Positions 27,941-37,408 of a stretch of DNA of 64,000 nucleotides are shown here, one piece after another (the stretch's first letter is position 1; each line of letters opens with the position of its first letter). The position numbers and the translations under genes are program-made. The notes below the pieces were generated by a model. It saw nothing but the letters and a program-made list of their open reading frames with translations, did no database searches and was not told the DNA's origin. The stretch is from Flavobacteriales bacterium (GTDB lineage Bacteria > Bacteroidota > Bacteroidia > Palsa-965), in NCBI GenBank assembly GCA_040377305.1, contig JBEIPA010000023.1:1-64000 (forward strand). Direction: 5' to 3'.

Positions 27941-29935
27941 TTACATCTTAAACACCTTCTTCCACACGGCAAATGCCATGAACTTGAAAATTCTGCCATT
28001 CTCGGGTTTTCCCTTGATGTCGAAGAAAGAATCGAACTCACGCATTAACTTTTCTTTGCGAATGATTCCGTGAAAATCCTGCTCGAAGTAGGGACGGAAC
28101 TGATCTTTCATGTTGGAGATCCACAGATTGTTCGGCGTCACGTATCCCATTTTATCCTTGCGCTTGCGAATTGCATCCGGAATAAACGGAGCAGCAGCTT
28201 CGCGCAAAATGTATTTCGAAACGCCACCGCGGATTTTCATTGTGCCTGGAATGCTGAACACGTGTTCAATCATTTTATGATCGTCGGCAAATGGTGTGCG
28301 CGACTCCACAGAATGCCACATAGAACTACGATCCTCACATTTGAGATAACCTTTGAGTCGTGTGTTCACGAATTCCCGGTGCAACATTTCATTCAAAGTT
28401 TGCGGAGAATGAAGTGAAGTATATCCCGATTTGTATTCTGAAATAAGATCCGGTGAGAGGTAAGCTAAATCCGGGAAATACTTTTTCTGCAGATACATCT
28501 GCATGTTCACCGGCAATGAAGGCACAATGTATTGCTTCAATGTTTCCTTGCGATGATGCGTCACAACTTCGCTTCCCCAGGCATGCATTTCTGCTTTCCG
28601 TCTGAGCGAGTGGCCATTCTTCTTCAGTTCCTTCCAGAACGGAATATAGTAAGGCATGTAACCGGCAAATAGTTCATCGCCACCTTGTCCGTCGAGAAGA
28701 ACACGAACGCCATTATCTGAAGCCAGTTTCATTACGCGATGTTGCGCGTACGTACTCGTGCTCCAGATCGGAACGTCTTGTGAATAGATGAGGCTTTCAA
28801 TATCCTCCATCATTTCTTCCGGACGCGGTGTGACTTTCAACCAGTCGGCTGAAGTTTGATCTGCAACCAGTTTTGCCCAGTGACTTTCGTCGAGCGACTT
28901 ATCATCGAAAGTTGCAGTAAACAGTTTCAGTCGATCGCCAATGTTGATACTCTTATCTTGCTTTACAAGATGCGCCATGATTCCACTGATGGCAGAACTA
29001 TCGATACCGCCACTCAGGCATGCACCAACCGGAACATCCGAACGCAAACGGATGCGAATTGCTTCTGTTAGTAACTCACGTACTTTGACAATTTCCTTCT
29101 CTAAACGATTGCCGGTAAATTCGCCCGGACCGTCATTGAATGTGAGTGTATACCACTGACGTAATTCAATTTTACCTCCGTCGAGATGAACGAGCAGATT
29201 GGTTCCCGGGAAAAGTTCAAGGATGTTTTTGAAAAATCCAGTAGGCTCATATTCGATTTCACCGTCGACAAAATAGTCTGCGACAGCGGAATGATTGAGC
29301 GATGTATGAACGATCGGACAAACGGCAAGCGCTTTTATTTCAGAAGCAAATGCGAAGTAGTTCTTATCGCGATAATAGTAGAATGGTTTTACACCAAAAC
29401 GATCCCGTGAACAGAACAGCATATTTTCAATGCGGTCCCAAATCACAAAAGCCCACATGCCATTGAAGTGCTCGGTGCACGCTTGTCCCCATTGCTTGTA
29501 AGCGGCGAGAATTACTTCATTGTCCGTTTGCGTACGAAAAGTATGTCCTTTCGCTTCGAGCTCAGCACGTAACTCGATGTAATTGTAGATCTCACCATTG
29601 TACGTGAGCCACAATTCTCCGTTCGAATAACTCAGCGGCTGATGACCTGTAGGCTCGAGATCAATAATGGCCAGGCGACGATGTCCAAAAGCAAGTTGCG
29701 CATAACTCTGAAACTGTCGCGTAGAAGTATGTGGTGCCCAACTGAGATCAGAATCAATAATTTTTGAAGGCGTGTCGATGGTAAACATCGGTACAGGCGC
29801 ATCATGTCCGTTCCACGCGAGTAAGCCTTCACCATCAGGTCCACGGTGACGGATTTTGGAATTCATAAGCACAGTTGCAGGCACAACCAAATCGGTTGGA
29901 CCTTTCAAAGATGCTATGCCGCTGATTCCACACAT
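27941..29935 (-). CDS. asnB: Asparagine synthase (glutamine-hydrolysing)-like amidotransferase, polysaccharide-cluster type
   Basis: MCGI N-terminus, HRGPDG, GHRRLAIID, NGEIYNY, LSGGIDSS, DGQGGDELFAGY. Confidence 0.92.
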   Translation of the reverse strand: MCGISGIASLKGPTDLVVPATVLMNSKIRHRGPDGEGLLAWNGHDAPVPMFTIDTPSKIIDSDLSWAPHTSTRQFQSYAQLAFGHRRLAIIDLEPTGHQPLSYSNGELWLTYNGEIYNYIELRAELEAKGHTFRTQTDNEVILAAYKQWGQACTEHFNGMWAFVIWDRIENMLFCSRDRFGVKPFYYYRDKNYFAFASEIKALAVCPIVHTSLNHSAVADYFVDGEIEYEPTGFFKNILELFPGTNLLVHLDGGKIELRQWYTLTFNDGPGEFTGNRLEKEIVKVRELLTEAIRIRLRSDVPVGACLSGGIDSSAISGIMAHLVKQDKSINIGDRLKLFTATFDDKSLDESHWAKLVADQTSADWLKVTPRPEEMMEDIESLIYSQDVPIWSTSTYAQHRVMKLASDNGVRVLLDGQGGDELFAGYMPYYIPFWKELKKNGHSLRRKAEMHAWGSEVVTHHRKETLKQYIVPSLPVNMQMYLQKKYFPDLAYLSPDLISEYKSGYTSLHSPQTLNEMLHREFVNTRLKGYLKCEDRSSMWHSVESRTPFADDHKMIEHVFSIPGTMKIRGGVSKYILREAAAPFIPDAIRKRKDKMGYVTPNNLWISNMKDQFRPYFEQDFHGIIRKEKLMREFDSFFDIKGKPENGRIFKFMAFAVWKKVFKM

Positions 29936-29937
29936 GG

Positions 29938-31233
29938 TTAATCTGTTGACGTTTTATCGTCTTTTGGTTGCCTGAAGACATTGAGCAATGCTGTGACATC
30001 GCTTTTTCTTGGGATGAGCTCCTTAATTTCTTCCCGGAAATTTCTTCCGGTGAGCATGAACATTGTGAAAATGAAGATAGTCAATCCGGTGTAAGCGATG
30101 GACGCAGTGATTCCGGCACCAATTACTCCATAAGTTGTAATTATAGTGCTTGCCGTGAGAATGGTAAGAATGAAAGCAAATGATCCGCTCATGAAATTCA
30201 TGTAAGGCTTTCCAATGCCGGTGAAGTAGTGTCCAAAAACTGTTCCGAAGCTCACAGCAATAATTCCCGGTGTGATACTTCTGAATGAATCGCTTACCCC
30301 GCCGAATGAATCTCCCAGCAACCAACTATAAAACGAAGCTGGCATCATGGCGAAGAAAAGTACAGCAGGAATGGTAAGTCCAATGCTCAATTTGCTCAGT
30401 TGCAATGTGCGTTGACGGGAAATCGATGCAAGCTTTTCGTTGGAAATTCTGGCAGCCAAAACAGATGCAACACTCGCAGCAAATAGCAGAATTGCTTCTC
30501 CCAGAGAAATTGCAGTCGAGTAAATTCCAACGGAGTGCCGGTCATCGTGCATCTGATCTTCGAGTTTGTAATACCCGAAGCGAATGCTAAGCTGGAAGGA
30601 AAGATTGGCCAGCTGTGTGAAGATTCCATTGGCAAACATCACCAACAAAACCGGGCGATTGTCGCGGAGCTTTGGAACGTGGGACTTGCTGAGCACAAAG
30701 TATAATCCAAGTGCTGCACATCCGCCATACGCGATGTATGTTGCATCCATATACGGAACAGCCGCAGAATGATTCAGCAACAAAATGCTTGCCGCCATTG
30801 AACCAAGCATGAGCGCACCTTGTAAATAGAGTAGGAGGTTGTATTGCTTCAATCGCTCCTGACCGAGCAAGATATTCATGCTGATTGAGTTGAGCGACAA
30901 TAGCACAGCAGAAATCAGAACCGGAATGGCATAACCTTCAGGAATTGCGTTGTACCAAACGAGTACGCCCCAGGTAATGCCAGAGGAAAATAATGTCCAT
31001 GACCAACCCGTAAGCAACAACGTCCTGAGTTTCGCGCGCGGAGCCATATATACAAGAGCAGGTCCGCCGATAATGTCACTCACCAGATGAATGATATTGA
31101 TTGCAATCTGTATCAGACTGATTTCTCCGCGAACTTCACTTCCGAGCAAATGCGTGGTAAGCAGTAGCGTACAGAAGTACATGACCTGCATTGCGAGTCG
31201 TGCCGAGAAGTTTACGAAGATGCTTCTGATCAT
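29938..31233 (-). CDS. Wzx-like polysaccharide flippase
   Basis: About 12 TM helices, VGIYSTA, YGVIGAGITASI; glycosylation-cluster context. Confidence 0.8.
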   Translation of the reverse strand: MIRSIFVNFSARLAMQVMYFCTLLLTTHLLGSEVRGEISLIQIAINIIHLVSDIIGGPALVYMAPRAKLRTLLLTGWSWTLFSSGITWGVLVWYNAIPEGYAIPVLISAVLLSLNSISMNILLGQERLKQYNLLLYLQGALMLGSMAASILLLNHSAAVPYMDATYIAYGGCAALGLYFVLSKSHVPKLRDNRPVLLVMFANGIFTQLANLSFQLSIRFGYYKLEDQMHDDRHSVGIYSTAISLGEAILLFAASVASVLAARISNEKLASISRQRTLQLSKLSIGLTIPAVLFFAMMPASFYSWLLGDSFGGVSDSFRSITPGIIAVSFGTVFGHYFTGIGKPYMNFMSGSFAFILTILTASTIITTYGVIGAGITASIAYTGLTIFIFTMFMLTGRNFREEIKELIPRKSDVTALLNVFRQPKDDKTSTD

Positions 31234-32930
31234 TTACGGGAAATCCTCCTTGCCTTGCGTGAGAATTGCGCCTTGAAATTAGCAAAATTAAAGCGGAAGG
31301 ATTTGGCGTCGATGAGGGTTTTGTCACCATAAGCATTAATGGTGTGAATGCCTTTGTTATAGTCCCAATGCTCATTCGCTTCAACACGTTTGAAAGGTTT
31401 TTCTACAAATGACGTTGGAGTAAGTTCAAGAATTTCATTGAACACAATAGCATTTCCGTACGTAATTGCAGAATCCTGCGCGGGTCGGATCAGCTTTCCT
31501 TTGATGTTGAGAATTGCTCCGGCAGATCGGGAATTGCGAACGTTGGTCTTCACCGGATTCAATGCATGAGGTTGAAACTCTTTGTCGGGATGTTCTGAAT
31601 GATAAATGAATAGTGCGGCATTGTTCTGGTCATCTTGACGGTGCGTGAAAATCCACCATCGCTTATTGTGTTCAAGCATTACCGGATCAACCAATGGTGC
31701 ATCAACCAACTGCAACGTTTCTCTTACGCCATTCATCAAGAACAAGGAATGTGTGCCTGATGCTGACATTTCCGGACATAAATAGTGTTGTCCGTTAATT
31801 TCAACCGGTAATGGAAACGAAATATGATAATCACGCGCCAGGATAATTTCTTCGGTCTCTGCATTGACGATGTGGCTCATTTGCTTCGAGCCGCTGAAAT
31901 ATTCTGCTACAATGGTTGACTTCCCGTTAACCGACATGTTAAACGGATCAGCCAGATAAGAATCGTTTTGCTTAGCACGCATCCATGTGATGTCCTTCTG
32001 AATACCATTGCTGATCACACTTTCAATTGGCTGATCAACAATTCCGATTTGCCAGGTTTCCGGACAAAATAGATTCTTCCAGTGAAAAGCAAACTTATTG
32101 CCAAGCAGCATGCACCCGAACTGAATCATCCGGAAATTGCCGGGATAGGAAAATACTTTCTCCGTTACTGAAACCGGAATAACCGGTGGAGCAATCTTTC
32201 CATTGTGATGTAGTTCGGTCAACGCATTGGCCATCCAACACGAAGAATTCATTAAAAGTGAATCCAGATTTTCCCGGAAAGAGTGTTTTACAAGCGACCA
32301 GGTTCCTGCGCGCAAGACAATTCCGTTATCAAGTTTCTCCGTGAGCCTTTGAAGGATTGCTCCAGTTGTATTTTCCTTGAGGATGTATTCCCAGAAACCT
32401 GCGGGACCACCACGGATAACCATCGGATCGGCATGGTGATACGACCACACTCCGTGTTTCGCAACGTTCAGAATTTCTCCGCGAAGAATATTGAATCCGA
32501 ACCGAATGATTACATCTGCCTGATGCGCTTTTACTTTTTCAATATCGGTCGCAGAAAAGTACTGGGAGTGTTTTCCTTTCAGCTCCGGAACAACATCAAT
32601 GCGTGGAATGCCCTGAAAAATAGCTGAGGTCGAAAGCTCTTTCGTCGCATTTACTTTTCCGTACTTCTTAAACCAGCGGTTCCAGAAGAGTCTCTTCCAA
32701 TTATATCTCCGAATTCGTTTCAGTACACTTGATCGTGGTACACTGTCAGACTGAGCGCCTGACCGCCGCGGTGGGGAGTCGAAGGCGGACAAAGATGAAC
32801 CATCATGAATCTCCAACACAATCTCCACAAACTCCAACTTCCTCACTGCTTCCAACGCAGCAACTTCCCACGCTTCCAGAGAATCGCCACGCGTAAGAAC
32901 CGCAACACGGATTTTGTTTTCAGCACTCAC
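31230..32930 (-). CDS. Formyltransferase-like N-terminal domain + GINT1-like/GH beta-propeller protein
   Basis: GVWSYHHAD..RGGPAGFWE..LQRLTEKLDNG, then YLADPF, HISFP, RSAG, RPAQD, GIHT; GTG start. Confidence 0.75.
   Translation of the reverse strand: MSAENKIRVAVLTRGDSLEAWEVAALEAVRKLEFVEIVLEIHDGSSLSAFDSPPRRSGAQSDSVPRSSVLKRIRRYNWKRLFWNRWFKKYGKVNATKELSTSAIFQGIPRIDVVPELKGKHSQYFSATDIEKVKAHQADVIIRFGFNILRGEILNVAKHGVWSYHHADPMVIRGGPAGFWEYILKENTTGAILQRLTEKLDNGIVLRAGTWSLVKHSFRENLDSLLMNSSCWMANALTELHHNGKIAPPVIPVSVTEKVFSYPGNFRMIQFGCMLLGNKFAFHWKNLFCPETWQIGIVDQPIESVISNGIQKDITWMRAKQNDSYLADPFNMSVNGKSTIVAEYFSGSKQMSHIVNAETEEIILARDYHISFPLPVEINGQHYLCPEMSASGTHSLFLMNGVRETLQLVDAPLVDPVMLEHNKRWWIFTHRQDDQNNAALFIYHSEHPDKEFQPHALNPVKTNVRNSRSAGAILNIKGKLIRPAQDSAITYGNAIVFNEILELTPTSFVEKPFKRVEANEHWDYNKGIHTINAYGDKTLIDAKSFRFNFANFKAQFSRKARRISRK
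32744..32785. repeat. REP-like element with nested GC palindrome, inside a CDS
   Basis: TGTCAGACTGAGC[GCCTGACCGCCGCGGTGG]GGAGTCGAAGG; related sequence at 44433-44458. Confidence 0.65.
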
Positions 32931-32932
32931 CG

Positions 32933-34108
32933 TTATGCGATCACTTTCTGGTAGATGGAATTGAGTTGATCCGCTACTGCACGATAACTATATCGCTGCT
33001 GTGCCCGTTCACTAATGGATTTTCTTAATCCGGAAATATCTCTCTCGTCGGTAAGACTACGCTTCATAAGCAACATGGCTTTGCTTAGCTGCTGGGTATC
33101 TCCCGGATTAACCATAATGTCTTTCGGGTTCGTCAGCATTTCACGAATCGCGCCGGTGTTGGTTGCAAGAACAGGCATTCCGCAACATTGTGCTTCGATG
33201 ATTGTTACCGGCATGCCTTCGAAGTTACTGAACATCAACAATGCGTCGTGATCGTTCATGAGCACTGCAATTTCGGCAGGTGATTTCATTCCCACGAACA
33301 AAACCTTATCGCCAATGTTCAGCTTGCGTGAAGTTTCTTCGTGCATCTTTCTTTCCGGACCATCTCCAACAATGGTAAGATGAAAGCTACTGTGCTTGGA
33401 GGCCTCCGCGAATGCAGTCAACATACCGGTGATATTTTTCTCACGGTCAACAAGCATAGACACATGAAGAAAACGAAATGGTTCTGATTTCATCTCACGT
33501 GGAGAATGTGCAAATACACCCGTATCGGCAGCATTGGGTAAGTGATGAAACTCCGCCTCAAGTCCGTGCAGATGCATCGCAGCTTTCATCTTTTCTGAAA
33601 CCACGGTAACAACTTTCGATTTTTGAATTAAAGCACGTGTGTAATGTTTCAGAAAGAAGCCGGTATAATTTCCATCTTCCGGTAAATAGCCGGACCAATG
33701 TTCTGTAAGCACGATAGGCTTGCCCAATTCTTTCGCCATTGGAAGAACAACTAATGCAGCAGGCCACGCCACGTGAACGTGAATGATATCAGGTGGTCCG
33801 TGTTGAGCTATGCTGCGTGCAATGACTTCGCGCATGGCTTTACGGTATGCTTTTACTTTGCGAACTTTGCTGAGTACGAGATCGCCTTCTTTAAGCTTGG
33901 GATAATGCGCAATGAACTCTGAAAGATTTCCGTCGTGATGTTCATCTATACAATTGTGCTCGGCGGAAGAGAATGCAGCAACAACGCTCACATTATGTAA
34001 TGCAGCAACGGCATATGCGTGACGTTGTATGAAATTTCCCAAAACGGGTTGATTGCGGTTCGGGTACCAGCTTGCAACGAATAGGATATGCAGCTTTTTT
34101 TCGCTCAT
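32933..34108 (-). CDS. GT4-family glycosyltransferase
   Basis: SWYP, PDIIHVH, LTEHWS, EKN, SNFEGMPVTIIEAQCCG. Confidence 0.92.
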   Translation of the reverse strand: MSEKKLHILFVASWYPNRNQPVLGNFIQRHAYAVAALHNVSVVAAFSSAEHNCIDEHHDGNLSEFIAHYPKLKEGDLVLSKVRKVKAYRKAMREVIARSIAQHGPPDIIHVHVAWPAALVVLPMAKELGKPIVLTEHWSGYLPEDGNYTGFFLKHYTRALIQKSKVVTVVSEKMKAAMHLHGLEAEFHHLPNAADTGVFAHSPREMKSEPFRFLHVSMLVDREKNITGMLTAFAEASKHSSFHLTIVGDGPERKMHEETSRKLNIGDKVLFVGMKSPAEIAVLMNDHDALLMFSNFEGMPVTIIEAQCCGMPVLATNTGAIREMLTNPKDIMVNPGDTQQLSKAMLLMKRSLTDERDISGLRKSISERAQQRYSYRAVADQLNSIYQKVIA

Positions 34109-34896
34109 GATCGCGCCCGACTAGCATAGATTTCAACCATTGCGTCGAACCCGTTCTCTGATACCGGATTCACAAACGGTCCGCTGCCTAGATTATTGTT
34201 CAAACGGTAACGAAATCCCGATAGTTTCAGCAAGTTCAGAAGTTCTGATAACTGCTGTGGCGTATTCTCTGCACTGTGCCATTCCACAAAAATATTTTCC
34301 ACCTTGAACAACTGATCGGCACAATCGGGCAGGACTTCGTTTTCGGCTCCTTCAATGTCCATAATCAGCAGATCTATGCGCTTTTCTTCTGCAATGAGGG
34401 TACGAAGTCGTTTGCATTCAACATCTGTAGGACCAAATCCGATTTTCCCGCCCAGTTTTCCGTCGGGCTGGAACTTTAATCTTCCGTCAGCAGTGTGCAG
34501 CGCTACATTGAAAGCCTCCGCACGCGATTCATTGCGGTCGATATTGCTCTGCAAGACGGCAAACAAATCCGGATCGGGTTCAAACGCTTTGATCCGCGCA
34601 TTCGGATACAACTGTTCGAGATGCAGAACTTCGAGTCCGATATTCGCGCCACAACAATAAATAATCGGTGATTCAGAATTGGACTTGAAGTCGAACGATT
34701 TGCGTTGAACAATTTCTTCGTACTGATGGAGCAGGGAAGGACCGTCATTGCCTTCAACCACAAAACCATCTAGCCAGATAGTGACGTGCTTCCCCTTCTC
34801 GTGCCGGCAACCTTTCTGTACCCGTAAATACGCACGATACTCCGGATCTTTTAAGTATCGGTACAGAGGTTTTAGCATTTGACGAAGTAGTCCCAC
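34105..34896 (-). CDS. FkbM-family methyltransferase
   Basis: CGANIG, AFEPDP, LLIMDIEGAE, FVEWH. Confidence 0.9.
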   Translation of the reverse strand: MGLLRQMLKPLYRYLKDPEYRAYLRVQKGCRHEKGKHVTIWLDGFVVEGNDGPSLLHQYEEIVQRKSFDFKSNSESPIIYCCGANIGLEVLHLEQLYPNARIKAFEPDPDLFAVLQSNIDRNESRAEAFNVALHTADGRLKFQPDGKLGGKIGFGPTDVECKRLRTLIAEEKRIDLLIMDIEGAENEVLPDCADQLFKVENIFVEWHSAENTPQQLSELLNLLKLSGFRYRLNNNLGSGPFVNPVSENGFDAMVEIYASRARS

Positions 34897-37026
34897 TTAG
34901 TTCAGTTTTTTCGTGCGCAAGAGTAGTGAATTTCCGATTACAATCACGTCGGAAAATGACATCGCAAGTGCAGCAATCATCGGTGTGAGGAATCCGGCAG
35001 CAGCAATTGGAATTGCAACCACATTGTAGAAGAAGGCCCAGAACAAGTTCTGTCGGATGGTGATCATACTTTTCTTCCCGATCTGAATAGCTGTTTTGAC
35101 TACGAGCAGATTATTTTCTCCCGGAACAATAACCTGTGCCGAGTTGATTGCAGCTTTCGAAGCATCGGAAAGTGATATGCCCACATTCGCTCTTGAAAGT
35201 GAAGGCGCATCGTTGATTCCATCGCCGACCATTACGGTTGTTCCCGCAGACGCGTAATCAGAAATTCGTTTGAGTTTTTGCTCCGGCAATTGTTCCGCGA
35301 AAACATTCCTGATTCCGAGCTGTGCCGCCACGCTATCGCATTTCTCCTTACGATCTCCGCTCAGGAGTACCACGTGAATGTCTTTGGAAAGCAGGTAATC
35401 GATTGTTTCTTTCGAACCTGGTTTGATTTCATCCTGCAAATCCACAGAAGCTACAGCAATTCCGTTTTTCACTACGAAGAAATCGTGTTTCACAACTTCA
35501 TTCGGAGCTACGCGCCACGATCCGATTCTCCATTCGTTGTTGCTATCATCAACACCGAAAATACCAATGCCCATTTCTTCCCGAACCGATTTCATTGGAA
35601 TCAATTCCTGTTCCTTCATCAGTGCCAGAATGGATCGCGCAATGGGATGTGAAGACTGTTTTTCCAGTGACCACAGCGCACGCTTTATTTCGGCTTCGTT
35701 CGCTTGATTCATGAAGCCGATATTCAGCTTCGTAAACTTGCCGGTGGTGAGTGTTCCTGTTTTATCGAACACGACGGTCTTCACGTTGCCGAGTTCCTCC
35801 AACGCTTTTCCGCTGCGAATGAGTATTCCCTTTTTAGCGGCACGACCAACGCCAACCATTACTGCCGTTGGAGTTGCAAGTCCCATTGCGCACGGACACG
35901 AAATCACCAATACGGCAATCGCATTCAGGATGGAACTCTTTAAAGTAAAATCAAGTGCGAAATATTCGATGAGGAATGTTCCTGCTGATATTGCGAGTAC
36001 AATCGGAACAAACCACGCGCTGATTTTGTCAGCCAGCTTTTGCACCGGAGGCTTTTCGCGTTGTGCAGCTTTCACCATCTCGATAATCTGCGCCAGTGTA
36101 CTTTGCTGCCCGATTCCGGTTACACGAAAGCGAATCGGACCATCAATTAATATTGATCCGCCAATGACACTAGCGCCTTCCGGTTTACCAACAGGAGTAC
36201 TTTCTCCACTGATCATGGATTCATTCGCATTGCCAGCGCCGGAAACAACAACTCCATCTGCCGGAAAACTTTCACCAGCATTTACCTGAACAATATCACC
36301 CAGATGCAATAACTCGGGCGTAATAATTTCTTCCCGTTCCGATTTTCCAATGGTCACAATCCGTCGTGCTTTCTCGGGTAGTAGCGAAGCCAATTCCCCA
36401 ATGGCAGAACTTGTTTTTCTTACCGAACGTTGTTCAAGCAAATTCCCCAGGAGTACAAGTGTTGTAATACTGCCAGTTGTTTCGAAAAACATGAATTCGT
36501 GAACAAGCTCAGGCGTGGTGTACAGTAACATTCCAGCAACGCTGTAACCAAACGAAGCAAGAATACCGGTGACAATCAATACATCCATATTCGGGACTCC
36601 GGATCGTAAAGAATTCCAGGCACTCTTTCCGAAATGCCAGGTTCCCAGAAGGAAAACCGGACTAGCCAATGCAAGCTGGAAATAGGGATTGTGAAAAATG
36701 TGCGGTAAACCCGGAATAAAATGGGTGAGCATCAATGGCAAAGAAAACGCCAGACTGATATAAAACTTGAACGTGAGCGAAAGTCCGCCCGACTGTGAAT
36801 GTCCGTGCTCATCAACTACTTTGTAGCCGAGCGATTCAATATCCTTAATTACATCTTCTTCTTTCCGATGCTGAGCGAGCTGTAAACTAGCCTCTCCGGT
36901 GGTAAAGTCTACGTGTACGTCGTGGTCTCCGCTACGGATCAATTTCCGTGTGATTCCCTGAGCGCAGTTGGCGCAATCCATGCCTTCCACCTTCAGGTTG
37001 ATTCGAAGAGAATCTTCTTGGCCCAT
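34897..37026 (-). CDS. copA: Copper-type P1B ATPase
   Basis: GMDCANC metal-binding domain, CPC, DKTGTLT, SSHP, GDGINDAP, YN and MSFS signature residues. Confidence 0.88.
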   Translation of the reverse strand: MGQEDSLRINLKVEGMDCANCAQGITRKLIRSGDHDVHVDFTTGEASLQLAQHRKEEDVIKDIESLGYKVVDEHGHSQSGGLSLTFKFYISLAFSLPLMLTHFIPGLPHIFHNPYFQLALASPVFLLGTWHFGKSAWNSLRSGVPNMDVLIVTGILASFGYSVAGMLLYTTPELVHEFMFFETTGSITTLVLLGNLLEQRSVRKTSSAIGELASLLPEKARRIVTIGKSEREEIITPELLHLGDIVQVNAGESFPADGVVVSGAGNANESMISGESTPVGKPEGASVIGGSILIDGPIRFRVTGIGQQSTLAQIIEMVKAAQREKPPVQKLADKISAWFVPIVLAISAGTFLIEYFALDFTLKSSILNAIAVLVISCPCAMGLATPTAVMVGVGRAAKKGILIRSGKALEELGNVKTVVFDKTGTLTTGKFTKLNIGFMNQANEAEIKRALWSLEKQSSHPIARSILALMKEQELIPMKSVREEMGIGIFGVDDSNNEWRIGSWRVAPNEVVKHDFFVVKNGIAVASVDLQDEIKPGSKETIDYLLSKDIHVVLLSGDRKEKCDSVAAQLGIRNVFAEQLPEQKLKRISDYASAGTTVMVGDGINDAPSLSRANVGISLSDASKAAINSAQVIVPGENNLLVVKTAIQIGKKSMITIRQNLFWAFFYNVVAIPIAAAGFLTPMIAALAMSFSDVIVIGNSLLLRTKKLN

Positions 37027-37086
37027 ACAGTGTGATAAAGTTACGGTTTTTGAAGAGGGTGGACTTGCAGAAACACGTTCAATCGC

Positions 37087-37094
37087 TATCTTTG
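37087..37094 (+). promoter_or_regulatory. -7 promoter element for tRNA-His
   Basis: TATCTTTG about 30 nt upstream of the tRNA. Confidence 0.6.
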
Positions 37095-37123
37095 CAGCCG
37101 CTTCCTGAACAAGGAAGGCATAC

Positions 37124-37198
37124 GGTGACTGTAGTTCAGCTGGTTAGAGCATCGGTTTGTGGTACCGAGGGTCGCGGGTTCGAATCCCGTCAGTCACC
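37124..37198 (+). tRNA. tRNA-His (GTG)
   Basis: Acceptor GTGACTG/CAGTCAC with G-1:C73, D-arm AGTTCAGCTGGTTAGAGC, anticodon arm TCGGT-TTGTGGT-ACCGA, T-loop GGTTCGAATCC. Confidence 0.97.
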
Positions 37199-37209
37199 CA
37201 ACATTTTTG

Positions 37210-37235
37210 AAGCCTCCCGAAAGGGCGGCTTTTTT
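37210..37235 (+). terminator. Rho-independent terminator after tRNA-His
   Basis: AAGCCTCCC-GAAA-GGGCGGCTTTTTT. Confidence 0.75.
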
Positions 37236-37350
37236 GTTTGCAGAGTACCGAACTCCGTTCGAGGACTCGGCAGAATAAAAAAGACGAGAGCGCCTTAGCG
37301 CGACGGCTTCAAAAATGTTGAGTCGCCCCCTTGTGTGGATCAACGTAGCT

Positions 37351-37366
37351 AATCCCGTCAGTCACC
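37351..37366 (+). repeat. Direct repeat of the tRNA-His 3' end (att-like)
   Basis: AATCCCGTCAGTCACC, identical to 37183-37198. Confidence 0.85.
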
Positions 37367-37408
37367 GAAGAAATAGCTATTTTCAACTCCCCATCCTGCC
37401 GGACTTTG

